Source: Cyanobacteria bacterium HKST-UBA04 (GTDB taxonomy: Bacteria > Cyanobacteriota > Vampirovibrionia > Vampirovibrionales > JAGQHJ01). Taken from it: a stretch of DNA of 64,000 bases. Numbering within the stretch: the stretch's first letter is position 1; each line of letters opens with the position of its first letter. The DNA lies in the NCBI GenBank assembly GCA_020431915.1, contig JAGQHJ010000004.1, positions 18,393 through 82,392 of the forward strand. The letters are read 5' to 3'. Under the pieces are notes generated by a model. That model ran no database searches. It was given only the letters and a program-made list of their open reading frames with translations, and was not told the DNA's origin. A program made the translations under genes and the position numbers. Below are positions 1 to 8,968 of this stretch, in pieces.

Positions 1-80
1 ACGACACCCAAAGCTTTACCCTCAACGATCCGCAGTTTGACGTCTAGATTGGAGAGGTTAGACCCCAACCCCAGACGTGC

Positions 81-108
81 TTGACGAGGCGTTACTGAAG
101 CGTATAAT
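81..108 (+). promoter_or_regulatory. candidate sigma70-type promoter of rnpB
   Basis: TTGACG at 81-86, a 16-nt spacer, then TATAAT at 103-108. It sits about 19 nt upstream of the RNase P RNA P1 stem. Confidence 0.5.
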
Positions 109-126
109 AGACGAGACAAGTAAAAC

Positions 127-509
127 GGCAGAGTTGGACAGGCGATCGCGGCCGATGGGACAGTGGCTGTTTATGGCCAAACGACCCCAGCGTGCTGAGG
201 AAAGTCCGGGCACCGCAGGGCAGGTTGCCGGGTAAAGGCCCGGTGGACGTGAGTCCGAGGAGAGTGCCACAGAAATGCCAAACCACAGCGTGGCCGTGAG
301 CCAATGCTGTAAGGGTGCAACGGTGGTGTAAGAGACCACCGGCAGGGCTGGAAGGCCCTGGCCAGGTAAACCCCGACCGGTGCAAGACTGGAGATACATC
401 AAGGGCTGCCCGTCCGTGTCTCCGTGAGCGTCGCAAGAGCCTTGGGAGCAATCCCGGGCCCAGATAGATGATCGCCCTCGACAGAACCCGGCTTATGGCC
501 AACTCTGCC
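127..509 (+). ncRNA. rnpB: RNase P RNA, bacterial type A
   Basis: Contains the universally conserved GAGGAAAGTCCGGGC block (about 198-212). The 3' block ACAGAACCCGGCTTATGGCC closely matches E. coli M1 RNA. The P1 helix pairs ggcagagttgg (127-) with ccaactctgcc (-509). The antisense track ORFs 58..402 and 92..502 are therefore spurious. Confidence 0.92.
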
Positions 510-549
510 CTTTTACTGGTCCGCCGCCTTCTTAGGGCTGTCTCGCCTT

Positions 550-1308
550 ATGCCGCCCACCCTGCCGATACCCCTACACAACAGCCCCATGGTCATTCTG
601 ACGGGGGCCGGTATCAGCGCCGAATCGGGCATCAAAACCTTTCGCGAGGCCGGTGGGCTGTGGGAAAACCACCCTATTGAGGCCGTGGCCACGCCGCAGG
701 GGTTTGCCAACAACCCGCGCCTGGTCTGGCAGTTTTACCATGCCCGGCGCGAGCAACTGAAGACCGTCTCGCCCAACCCGGCCCACCACGCCCTGGCCCA
801 GTTGCAGCAGACCTTGGGCCCCGACGACGTGTTTCTGGTCACCCAGAACGTGGATGATTTGCATCAGCGGGGCGGATCGGCGCCCCAGGCCGTGCTGCAC
901 ATGCACGGCGAACTGAGGAAGGTACGGTGCCGTCGCTGCGGCACGGTAACCGAAACCGATGCCCCCATGCTGCCCGACCCTGAAGGGCCACTGCCCACCT
1001 GTTTTGATACAGCCTGTGGCGGAGCACTCCGGCCCCATATTGTGTGGTTTGGCGAAGTGCCTTTTGGCATGGACGACATCGCAGCCAAACTAGCCACCTG
1101 CAGCATGTTTGTGGCCATCGGCACCAGTGGCGTCGTTTATCCGGCGGCCGGTTTTCTGGCCGCTGCCAAACACCAGGGGGCCACCACCCTGGGCTTTAAC
1201 CTCGAACCACCCGAAAATGCCGAGTTGTTCGATTACTTTGTGCAGGGCCCCGCCGGGCAAACCCTGCCCGATTGGGTCGACACCGTGTTGGAAACCCTCG
1301 CCTGCTAG
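550..1308 (+). CDS. cobB: NAD-dependent protein deacylase, Sir2 family (CobB type)
   Basis: Sirtuin motifs GAGISAESGIKTFR, TQNVDDLHQRGG, HG, a Cys4 zinc ribbon (CRRCG...CFDTAC) and RPHIVWFGE. Confidence 0.9.
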   Translation: MPPTLPIPLHNSPMVILTGAGISAESGIKTFREAGGLWENHPIEAVATPQGFANNPRLVWQFYHARREQLKTVSPNPAHHALAQLQQTLGPDDVFLVTQNVDDLHQRGGSAPQAVLHMHGELRKVRCRRCGTVTETDAPMLPDPEGPLPTCFDTACGGALRPHIVWFGEVPFGMDDIAAKLATCSMFVAIGTSGVVYPAAGFLAAAKHQGATTLGFNLEPPENAELFDYFVQGPAGQTLPDWVDTVLETLAC

Positions 1309-2129
1309 TATTCCACCAGCACCAAATGTAGCGGTGCCTTGATGGGCACCACCAACGCGTCACCAGCACAGCCCAGGCTAAACTGGCCCTGGAAGCGGTA
1401 ATCGCCTGTTACCCATTCGGCATCGCTAATATCGATTGCCTTGCGCAGGTTCACCTTAAAGGTCATCATTTCGCCCGGTTGCAGATCGGTGGGGTGCTGT
1501 TGGGCCGAGGCCGATACCTGAAACGGGCGACTGCTGGCCGAGGCCAACTGCCCATAGCCCTGGCGCCAAACATCCAGAGCCAGGTTCTGTTCGGGGGCCT
1601 CCTGGTCCAGGCACACCGTAATCGGTTGCAGGGCGCGAAGCTGGGCTTCAACCGTCAGGGGCTGATCAAGGTTTCGGATCCCCTCGTAGGCATGCAGCTC
1701 GAACAGTGCCGGGATACTGGGCTGCACCGGCTTGACCCGTGCCACGGATGCCGAAGGATCGGGCTCGGTGGCTTGGGGTTGAGGCGTCCCCTCCAACTTG
1801 GTGGGTGGCGCAGTAACTGCAGCCGGTTTGGTTTCGGATTTGGTTTCTGGCTTGGTTCCAGGTTTTACGTCGGGTTTTGCTGCAGCGGCTGTATTACCGG
1901 ACGCCCCCTTTGCAACCGGCTTGGCCTGCGATGGGGTGGCTACAGCCGGCTTGGTCGGCGAAGTGGTTGGCGGATCGGCCGCCAGAACCTTGGGGCCCAG
2001 CAGCAACAGCAGCACCAGCGTCAACACGCCCAGCGCAAACCACACGGCATTAAACACCACGGCGGTAAACCGGGCCAAACTCAAAGCCATTTGCTCGACT
2101 GTCAACACGTGCCGGAAAGGGTGCTCCAA
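1305..2129 (-). CDS. hypothetical membrane-anchored protein with a Pro/Thr/Ala/Lys-rich linker and a C-terminal beta-rich domain
   Basis: One N-terminal TM helix (FALGVLTLVLLLLLG) is followed by a low-complexity PTKPAVATPSQAKP... stretch and then a globular C-terminus. I recognise no family. Confidence 0.55.
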   Translation of the reverse strand: MEHPFRHVLTVEQMALSLARFTAVVFNAVWFALGVLTLVLLLLLGPKVLAADPPTTSPTKPAVATPSQAKPVAKGASGNTAAAAKPDVKPGTKPETKSETKPAAVTAPPTKLEGTPQPQATEPDPSASVARVKPVQPSIPALFELHAYEGIRNLDQPLTVEAQLRALQPITVCLDQEAPEQNLALDVWRQGYGQLASASSRPFQVSASAQQHPTDLQPGEMMTFKVNLRKAIDISDAEWVTGDYRFQGQFSLGCAGDALVVPIKAPLHLVLVEY

Positions 2130-2160
2130 ATTGAATTACTAAATGACCGCCACCACGCCA

Positions 2161-2194
2161 CCGGGCAAAACCGGGCAAAATCGGGCAAAACCGG
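2161..2194. repeat. tandem 10-bp repeat CCGGGCAAAA x3 (phased A-tracts)
   Basis: ccgggcaaaa ccgggcaaaa tcgggcaaaa ccgg is read directly. It lies between two co-directional minus-strand genes, upstream of the 1305..2129 gene. Confidence 0.8.
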
Positions 2195-2354
2195 GGTGTG
2201 CGCACAGGGGCAACACAACGAACATCCGCTCACAGCACTGCTTGAAAATGCAGTGCCAACCTGAACACACTACGGATTATAAAACCGAATGGCCAAAAGG
2301 ACCATAGGCCAAAGGGTCAATCGTTTCGGCAAATAACGAGCTGCCGCTCCGGGT

Positions 2355-3083
2355 TTAATGGCCCGACTTCAGGCGATCCAACCCCACCTGGGCCTGTTTG
2401 GCATAGGGGGCATAGTCCGAGGTATTGGGCGCCTTCTCAATAACCTTTTGGTAATAGCGCGTGGCCTGGCTGTAGTCCACGGCATTTTCATAGAGCCGGC
2501 CCAACCCGTAATAAGCGGGTGCATAGTTATGATCAAGAGCAATGGCCCGCTCATACGCCAAGCGCGAGGCGTCGATTTGGCGGTTTTGCCGGTAGGCATC
2601 GGCCATGGCACTCACCAAAGCGGCGTCGTCGGGCCATTTTTTGACCGCTTGCTGGTAATGGGTCACAGCCTGTTCGGGCTGCCCCAGGGCCAACCAAACC
2701 TTGCCCGTTTGCATCCACACGCTGACTTTTTCAGCGTCGTAGCGCAAGGCGTCTTGATAGTACAACAGGGCCTGGCCGTAATCTTGAAGTTGCTGGTGCG
2801 TATACCCCAGCCATGCTTTTACCTCGGCATTTTCAGGGTACTCGGCCTCCAGCGCCCGCAGTTCCTCAAAGGCTTTGAGGTAGTCGCGCTTGATCAAGTC
2901 CGCTTCGATGACGTCGAGGGTTTGGCTGTCCACGACAGCCGAAAGCGTTTTGGGCGTCTGCTTGGCCGGATGCAGCCCGTTGACGCGCGCCTGGCCCATA
3001 TTAAGGTGATCAACGCTCAACCAGCCAGCCACAAACAAGGCCGCAGCAAACAAGGTGGTCATGCCAATAACGGAATGTCGCAT
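2355..3083 (-). CDS. TPR repeat protein with an N-terminal signal/anchor
   Basis: Repeated TPR-like units (AWLGYTHQQLQDYGQALLYYQDALRYD, ALGQPEQAVTHYQQAVKKWPDD, YYGLGRLYENAVDYSQATRYYQKVIEKAP). The start is set at the internal ATG (3083) because a GGAGG Shine-Dalgarno precedes it. The track ORF extends to 3140. Confidence 0.75.
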   Translation of the reverse strand: MRHSVIGMTTLFAAALFVAGWLSVDHLNMGQARVNGLHPAKQTPKTLSAVVDSQTLDVIEADLIKRDYLKAFEELRALEAEYPENAEVKAWLGYTHQQLQDYGQALLYYQDALRYDAEKVSVWMQTGKVWLALGQPEQAVTHYQQAVKKWPDDAALVSAMADAYRQNRQIDASRLAYERAIALDHNYAPAYYGLGRLYENAVDYSQATRYYQKVIEKAPNTSDYAPYAKQAQVGLDRLKSGH

Positions 3084-3224
3084 GGTGGTCAGAGTCCCTC
3101 CTACACGCAGTGCCTCGGTCTCGTAACAAACCCAGGGCACCCTAAGGTGCTTGTTATTATTTTATACCCGATTGTATAGAGAATAAACGCGGCAAAACGC
3201 TATTTTTTGCCCCCCGTTTTTTAC

Positions 3225-3878
3225 TTAGGTTTTGGGCAGGGGATTTAAAGCCAGGGCCCGGATAATATCCTGATGCACGGATTCCGGCGGCTGGACAGCG
3301 TTGACCACGATAAACCGCGCCGGGGATTCTTTAGCTAAATTTAAATATTGCGCCCGTACCCGTTCATAAAATGCAACATCGAGGGTTTCAAAGCGATCCG
3401 TCTGGTCTGGAACCGTGGCTTTGGCCGTGGCCGTAGCCGTGGCTCTTGAGCGGGCCCGGCCCAGTAGGGTTTCAACCGATCCGTCGAGCAGAATGGTTTT
3501 ATCCGGCACCAGCCCCTCGGTGGCCTGCTGGTTCAGGCGATCAATCATCCCGCCGTCCATGCCCCGGCCACCCCCTTGATAGGCCACGGTGGAATCAACA
3601 AAGCGATCACAGAGCACCACCTTCCCCTCGGCCAAGGCCGGCCGAATCAAGGTAACCACATGCTGGGCCCGATCGGCCAGATACAAAAACAACTCGCACC
3701 CCGGCGCCACCTCGCCCTTGTGGTGCAACAAAATCTGACGCAGCTCGCGCCCCAGCGGCGTGCCACCCGGATCACGGGTAACAACCACCGACCGACCCTC
3801 GGCTTCCAGAACAGCCTGAAGCAAGCCAATCTGCGTCGATTTACCCGATCCGTCAATGCCTTCAAAGCTAATGAACAT
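3225..3878 (-). CDS. tmk: thymidylate kinase
   Basis: N-terminal MFISFEGIDGSGKSTQ P-loop and the DRFVDSTVAYQGGGRG motif typical of dTMP kinase. Confidence 0.9.
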   Translation of the reverse strand: MFISFEGIDGSGKSTQIGLLQAVLEAEGRSVVVTRDPGGTPLGRELRQILLHHKGEVAPGCELFLYLADRAQHVVTLIRPALAEGKVVLCDRFVDSTVAYQGGGRGMDGGMIDRLNQQATEGLVPDKTILLDGSVETLLGRARSRATATATAKATVPDQTDRFETLDVAFYERVRAQYLNLAKESPARFIVVNAVQPPESVHQDIIRALALNPLPKT

Positions 3879-3956
3879 AACTGGCGGACAACCTCGCCCA
3901 TGCGCACGGTAATACCCCTACTGTATCGCAAACGCGACAGGCAGGGATCCCAGCGC

Positions 3957-5678
3957 CTAGCTGGCTTGGGTTCGGTCTTCGGGCGGCAGTATCTTCAAGC
4001 GGCGCTTGGGCTCGTCGCCCACCGAAAAACTGACCAGCCCATGCTTTTCGACCAGTTCATGCTGCAACCGGCGAATGTAGGACCGCCTGGGCGACAGCTC
4101 CAGCGGCTCGGTCGCATCGACCATGGCATCGACGGCCTGACGGGCCTCTTGCAGCGCCTGCTCTGTCTCGTCACCGGTAGACATATCGGTCAGGTGATCC
4201 AGCATCTCGTCGGCATCCACATCCAGGGCTTCTCGTAACGCCCGCTGGATTTGAGGCATGGTATTGGTCTTGGTATAGAAAATCGGGAGCTCGTAGTCTT
4301 CAACCACCCGCATCATCTTGGAACCGGGCCGACAGCTGCTTTTAAGGGCAATAATGGCATCAGCCTCGTGCACGTGCTTGGTAATGCCCACGTACTGCAG
4401 TTCCAGCCGCTCCAGAATGCGATCCACATAGGTCTTGCTGATGCCGTAGATGAATATCTTGAAGCGTTTCCCCATCACGGCCTTGTCCGGTGCGTTCAGG
4501 TCGAAGGGGTGGGAGGGCAGTTCACCTTCCGTCAACGCCATCGGATCAATGTCGGGCTGCAAGACCTTGACCGACCCCGTTTCGGCATCCACCTTCCGCA
4601 ACTCGGGGAAGATGGTCCATCCGCGCAGGATGTGATCGACCGCCTCGGCCACATCGGGATAAACGGCCAGGGTTTTGTGATCCCGAATTTCGACGCAGAT
4701 ATCAAAACTGGGTTGCTTGGCCCGTTCAAGCACCGTTTTTTGCGTGGCCCGACGTTTGGCTTCATCGTCGCCAAGGGTAACCGTTTCAATACCGCCCACC
4801 AAATCGCTGAGGGTCGGGTTTCGAATAATATTCTCCAGTGACTCGCCGTGGGCTGTAGCTATCAGGCAAACCCCCCGCTCGGCGATGGTTCGGGCTGCAG
4901 CGGCTTCGTCTTCCGTACCAATTTCGTCAATGATGATCACTTCCGGCGTGTGGTTCTGCACGGCTTCAATCATCACCTGGCCCTGCTCGTCGCGGTCAAC
5001 AACCTGCATGCGCCGGGCCCGTCCCACGGCCGGATGCGGAATATCGCCATCGCCGGCTATTTCGTTGGACGTATCGACAATGACCACCCGCTTGCCCGAT
5101 TCCTCGCTGAGCAGCCGGGCGACCTCGCGCAGCTTGGTGGTTTTGCCGCTACCGGGCCGACCCAGCAGCAACACGCTTTTACCCGATTCAATCAGGTCCT
5201 TGATGGGTGTAATGGTGCCGGTAATGGCCTTGCCCACCCGACAGGTCAGGCCAATGATATCGCCCTGGCGATTGCGAATGGCGCTGATGCGGTGCAGCGT
5301 CCGGGCAATACCGCCCCGGTTGTCGGAACTGAAAAACCCAATATGGGCCACCACGGCATCAATATGGTCACGGGTCACGGGGGCCTGGCCCAGCTCGACC
5401 ATGGCGCCGCCCTTAAAACGGGCTTCGGGCAGCCGGCCCAGATCCAGGACCACCTCAATCAGGGTATCGGCGTCATACGCTGCCAAAGCCGTCTGTACAC
5501 CATGGGGCAGAACGTTAATGAGCAGCTGGACATCGTTATTTGGGTGTTCTGGTCTTGAAATAGGTAGAGTCTCCGAAATGGACGTGACCTGGTGGATGGG
5601 AGCGGCAGCCTCGCGCCGTCGGCTCCCCATGGCACCGCCCGATGACTCGGGTGACACCGAAATCGGTTCTGAACTCAA
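3957..5678 (-). CDS. AAA/P-loop ATPase with a C-terminal R3H-like nucleic-acid-binding domain (Ycf45 / SpoIIIAA-like)
   Basis: Walker A LLLGRPGSGKTT, Walker B VIIIDEIGT, the conserved SNEIAGDGDIPHPAVGRARRMQV block, and a C-terminal RRLQHELVEKHGLVSFSVGDEPKRRLKI (R3H-like). Confidence 0.75.
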   Translation of the reverse strand: MSSEPISVSPESSGGAMGSRRREAAAPIHQVTSISETLPISRPEHPNNDVQLLINVLPHGVQTALAAYDADTLIEVVLDLGRLPEARFKGGAMVELGQAPVTRDHIDAVVAHIGFFSSDNRGGIARTLHRISAIRNRQGDIIGLTCRVGKAITGTITPIKDLIESGKSVLLLGRPGSGKTTKLREVARLLSEESGKRVVIVDTSNEIAGDGDIPHPAVGRARRMQVVDRDEQGQVMIEAVQNHTPEVIIIDEIGTEDEAAAARTIAERGVCLIATAHGESLENIIRNPTLSDLVGGIETVTLGDDEAKRRATQKTVLERAKQPSFDICVEIRDHKTLAVYPDVAEAVDHILRGWTIFPELRKVDAETGSVKVLQPDIDPMALTEGELPSHPFDLNAPDKAVMGKRFKIFIYGISKTYVDRILERLELQYVGITKHVHEADAIIALKSSCRPGSKMMRVVEDYELPIFYTKTNTMPQIQRALREALDVDADEMLDHLTDMSTGDETEQALQEARQAVDAMVDATEPLELSPRRSYIRRLQHELVEKHGLVSFSVGDEPKRRLKILPPEDRTQAS

Positions 5679-5805
5679 GACTCGTGCCCCTTATACCTGT
5701 TTCGTGCCGTGATAGTGCACGCCAACCCTCTGACGATCTGGGGGAAATGTCAGCACATCCCTCGTTGCTAGCCATAGTATAGCGTATTTTACAGAACGCG
5801 GCAGC

Positions 5806-6981
5806 CTAGCACGGGGAGTGGCGGGAAGGGAAGCAAAAGGGTGCCAACAAGGCCCGGGCCTGCTCAACGGCATCATCGGGGTGGGCCGACGCGTCGAGCG
5901 CGTCCCATACCCAATGGCGGGCAAAGGTGCCCATGCCAAGGCCTTGTATAACCTGTATCGGCTGAATTTTGCCTGTACTTGAATCCATGGTCTGCCGCAG
6001 CCAGTGGGCTGTATGTGCATTAATACCACCGGAAACCGTCAAATCAACCTGCGGGTAGTCCCTCAGCAGCGGCGACAACGCTAGCGCCGCCTCAATAGCG
6101 GGCCGCGAGCTCTGTGCATCGCTGGTGGCCGACATCGGGTTACCATCCACCTGGATCATAAACCGCCCCGGAATCAACCGGCTCAGGGTCTCGATGACGG
6201 CCCGGTTATGGGTCGTTTCAAGCCCGGCCGGCCGGTAGCAAAAAGAAATGTACTTGCCCGCCAGCAAGGGGCCAAGGTCATCGAAGCAGCGTTCAATCAG
6301 GTAGCAATCGGCCTGGGCCGAATGGATTTCGACCGATTCGACCCGATCGTCAGCCAAAACCTGCACCAGCCCGTCGCGCAACACAAAGGCGTCGAGGTCC
6401 AGCGCCGTGGTGGGACACACCGGCAGGCATCGGCCACAGCCATAGCACAGGGGCTCGTCTACGTGCAGGTGCCCCGACACGGCGTCGAGGTCGAACACCC
6501 GGGTGGGACACACCGGCAGACAGGCCCCACAGTCAATGCAATCGGGCCGGTTCAGCTGGATCTTGCGAAAGTGCGGGTCATCGTCCAGCGGAAAACTGGC
6601 CATTACCATCGGCCGGGCCACGTCGGCAGGCAACGTGTCGAGCGCTGTCAGGGTCGCCTGAACCACGGCCGGGTGGGCCGACACATCCAGGGCATGGGCC
6701 CCGGCCATGGCAAACACCCTGGCCAGTTGCGCCACACGGCCAAGCTCGTTAAAACTGCCCCCCACAATGACCTTGAAATAGGTATGGGTATCAAGGGCCT
6801 GGGCCACATGCACCGGAAGCCGGCAAGCCGAATCGGCAGGCGGATGGGGCGATTTGGTTTTAGGGGGTGCGGCAACCACAGCATAACCCTCGATTAAACT
6901 AATGCCGGCCTCTAGTGGTTCTCTGTCGATTCTCTTCAGGTCCCGGGCTGTACCATACCCCAAGCAGCCCAGCCAAGCCAT
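5806..6981 (-). CDS. Fe-S protein with two 4Fe-4S ferredoxin motifs, LdpA-like
   Basis: CIDCGACLPVCPT and CYGCGRCLPVCPT motifs. The N-terminal YFKVIVGGSFN...AGAHALDVSAHPAVV resembles cyanobacterial LdpA as I remember it. The family call is not verified by a search. Confidence 0.6.
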   Translation of the reverse strand: MAWLGCLGYGTARDLKRIDREPLEAGISLIEGYAVVAAPPKTKSPHPPADSACRLPVHVAQALDTHTYFKVIVGGSFNELGRVAQLARVFAMAGAHALDVSAHPAVVQATLTALDTLPADVARPMVMASFPLDDDPHFRKIQLNRPDCIDCGACLPVCPTRVFDLDAVSGHLHVDEPLCYGCGRCLPVCPTTALDLDAFVLRDGLVQVLADDRVESVEIHSAQADCYLIERCFDDLGPLLAGKYISFCYRPAGLETTHNRAVIETLSRLIPGRFMIQVDGNPMSATSDAQSSRPAIEAALALSPLLRDYPQVDLTVSGGINAHTAHWLRQTMDSSTGKIQPIQVIQGLGMGTFARHWVWDALDASAHPDDAVEQARALLAPFCFPSRHSPC

Positions 6982-6992
6982 GTTTGAAAGAC

Positions 6993-7571
6993 TCAGGACA
7001 CCTGCGTCAGTCGCAAAGGGGTGTTATTCGGCAAGGCTCCGGCCGGGGCTGTAGTTTGAAGCCGAAATGGCGCAATGGCCTCGTGGCTCTGGCGAGAAAA
7101 CGCCTGGCCCAAGCCGGATTCAACCACCAGTTCGGGTTGGCTCTGCTCGGCTATGGCAGCCTTTAGCGCGGTTGTACCATACGCCCCAGGCGCATCGCGC
7201 TGATCGTCGGTAACCAGCACCAGCATGGCATCGCCTTTCTGGAACAACTGCTCCACAAGGGCATGGGCCTTCAGGTGAGTGCCCAGGTTATGGAAGGCAT
7301 AGACCCCTGGAATGCGGTCAATCAGGTAGTCGGCAAACGTCCAGGCCGGTGCCACAAACGGCTGGGCAGCCGTGGCTTGTGGCGTATGGCTTAGGTAAAG
7401 GTCGGCAATTTGAGGGCCCAGATTGTTCAGGGTCGTGGCATCCACGACGGGCTGACAGGAATCAGCCGCTTGCGACGGTTCGGATCGAGACAATTGAACC
7501 GGAACAATACGGCCAAACGACAGGGAGGGTAGAGAGGGTAGGGCAGGCAGGGGCATCACAGGGGCTCGCAA
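6993..7571 (-). CDS. hypothetical protein
   Basis: A 192-aa ORF, 12 nt downstream of the LdpA-like gene on the same strand. No recognisable motifs. Confidence 0.45.
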   Translation of the reverse strand: MRAPVMPLPALPSLPSLSFGRIVPVQLSRSEPSQAADSCQPVVDATTLNNLGPQIADLYLSHTPQATAAQPFVAPAWTFADYLIDRIPGVYAFHNLGTHLKAHALVEQLFQKGDAMLVLVTDDQRDAPGAYGTTALKAAIAEQSQPELVVESGLGQAFSRQSHEAIAPFRLQTTAPAGALPNNTPLRLTQVS

Positions 7572-7708
7572 TCGTCATGACAGTTGCTGATTATTGTAGT
7601 AAAAACCGGCCGGTTTGGGCGATTGCGCCTGAAACCAGCCCCCCAGGCTTTGGTGTATGATGAGGGGGTGGATGCCTGTATTGTTGACCCATAAGGTGGA
7701 TTGAGGTT

Positions 7709-8617
7709 ATGACCGACATCATCGACACCGTCGACGCCGTCGATATCGTGCAAACGGAGAGCGACGTGTTTGCCAAACCGGCCCAGCCGACTTCGAGACG
7801 GCAGTTTTTAAAGCAAGGAGCCCTGTTGGCCGGTACCGCGCTGGTTGCCAGCAGTGGTTTGAGCAAGGCCTTTGCCAGCTCCTCCTCTGGTCAAACGGCC
7901 CAGGCCAACCTGCCAACGAATCACCCCCAAATCAAGATGCATGACACCGTGGCCGGCGGCCTGGATTTGCTTGAGCAGGAAACCATCGACAGCCTGAAAG
8001 CCAAGGACTTCAGCCACCTGCTTGGTGGTGGCGTCAAAGGCCTGAGCGACGATCAGTTGTCCCAGCATTTCAAGCTGTATGAAGGCTATGTCGCCAAAAC
8101 CAACCAACTCAATACCCAGCTGGCCAACATCAGCCAACAGGCGCTCGACAGCGCCAACACCAGCATGGGCGAATACCGCGATGCCCTGGTGGCGCGCAGC
8201 TATACCCACAACGGGGCGGTGCTGCACGAACTGTACTTTGGCAACCTCGGCTGGACCACTGATCCCAGCACCTCGCTAAGGGCCTTGGTTGACCGTGATT
8301 TTGGCAACTGGGACCGCTTCCAGGCGCAACTGGTAGCGGCCGGCAAGGCTGCCCGAGGCTGGGCCGTGCTGGTGCTCGACATGCGCGACGGGCACCTGAA
8401 GATATTCGGCATGGACGAACACAACGCCTTTATGCCCGCCATGGCCTACCCGCTGCTGAGCCTGGATGTTTACGAGCATGCCTACATGGTCGACTACGGC
8501 ATTGCCCGGGCCAAGTACCTCGACACCTTCATCCAGAACATCAACTGGGAGGCCGTGCACAAGCGGCTGATGTTTGCCGTGCACCACCTGCAAACCGGTC
8601 CCAAGGTCACGGTGTAA
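7709..8617 (+). CDS. Fe/Mn superoxide dismutase family protein with a twin-arginine (Tat) signal
   Basis: Tat motif SRRQFLKQGALLAGTALVASSG. The C-terminal SOD domain has GWAVLVLD and DVYEHAYMVDYG (compare DVWEHAYY). The N-terminal domain is divergent. Confidence 0.75.
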   Translation: MTDIIDTVDAVDIVQTESDVFAKPAQPTSRRQFLKQGALLAGTALVASSGLSKAFASSSSGQTAQANLPTNHPQIKMHDTVAGGLDLLEQETIDSLKAKDFSHLLGGGVKGLSDDQLSQHFKLYEGYVAKTNQLNTQLANISQQALDSANTSMGEYRDALVARSYTHNGAVLHELYFGNLGWTTDPSTSLRALVDRDFGNWDRFQAQLVAAGKAARGWAVLVLDMRDGHLKIFGMDEHNAFMPAMAYPLLSLDVYEHAYMVDYGIARAKYLDTFIQNINWEAVHKRLMFAVHHLQTGPKVTV

Positions 8618-8934
8618 TGCCCCACGTCCTGGTACAAGTCCACCTGGTCCCCATTGGCACGGGCTCGACCAGTGTCAGCCGGTACGTGGCCGCCGCCGAA
8701 AAGGTGCTGCGCGCGCAAGCCGAACGCTATGGTATTAAACACCAGTTGCACCCGATGTCGAGCACCTTAGAAGGTGATCTCGACGCCATTTACGCCGTGG
8801 TTCGCCAGATGCAGGAAGCCATGTTCGTCGAGGGCGCGCTGCGCGTCAGCACGTCCTTGCGTATTGACGACCGGCGCGACAAACCGCCACGGGCCATGGG
8901 CAGCAAGGTCGATTCGGTCAACGCCAAGCTTTAA
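8617..8934 (+). CDS. MTH1187/YkoF-like (UPF0045) small protein
   Basis: About 100 aa, with the beginning VQVHLVPIGTGSTSVSRYVAAAEKVL typical of the MTH1187 family. Its ATG overlaps the SOD stop (TAATG), which suggests translational coupling. Confidence 0.6.
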   Translation: MPHVLVQVHLVPIGTGSTSVSRYVAAAEKVLRAQAERYGIKHQLHPMSSTLEGDLDAIYAVVRQMQEAMFVEGALRVSTSLRIDDRRDKPPRAMGSKVDSVNAKL

Positions 8935-8968
8935 GCGGAACGCCACGTTTTAAGTGCAACGCCCAGCG

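Noticed and set aside
58-502. Track ORFs 58..402 and 92..502 (minus strand, 114 and 136 aa)
   Set aside because: They lie entirely antisense to a textbook RNase P RNA (rnpB, 127..509). They are GC-rich shadow ORFs with Arg/Pro/Gly-biased composition.
3185-3215. Terminator after tmk (GGCAAAA...TTTTGCC hairpin)
   Set aside because: The stem is 7 bp and mostly A-T, the loop is ambiguous and the trailing T-run is interrupted. This is too weak to list as a feature.
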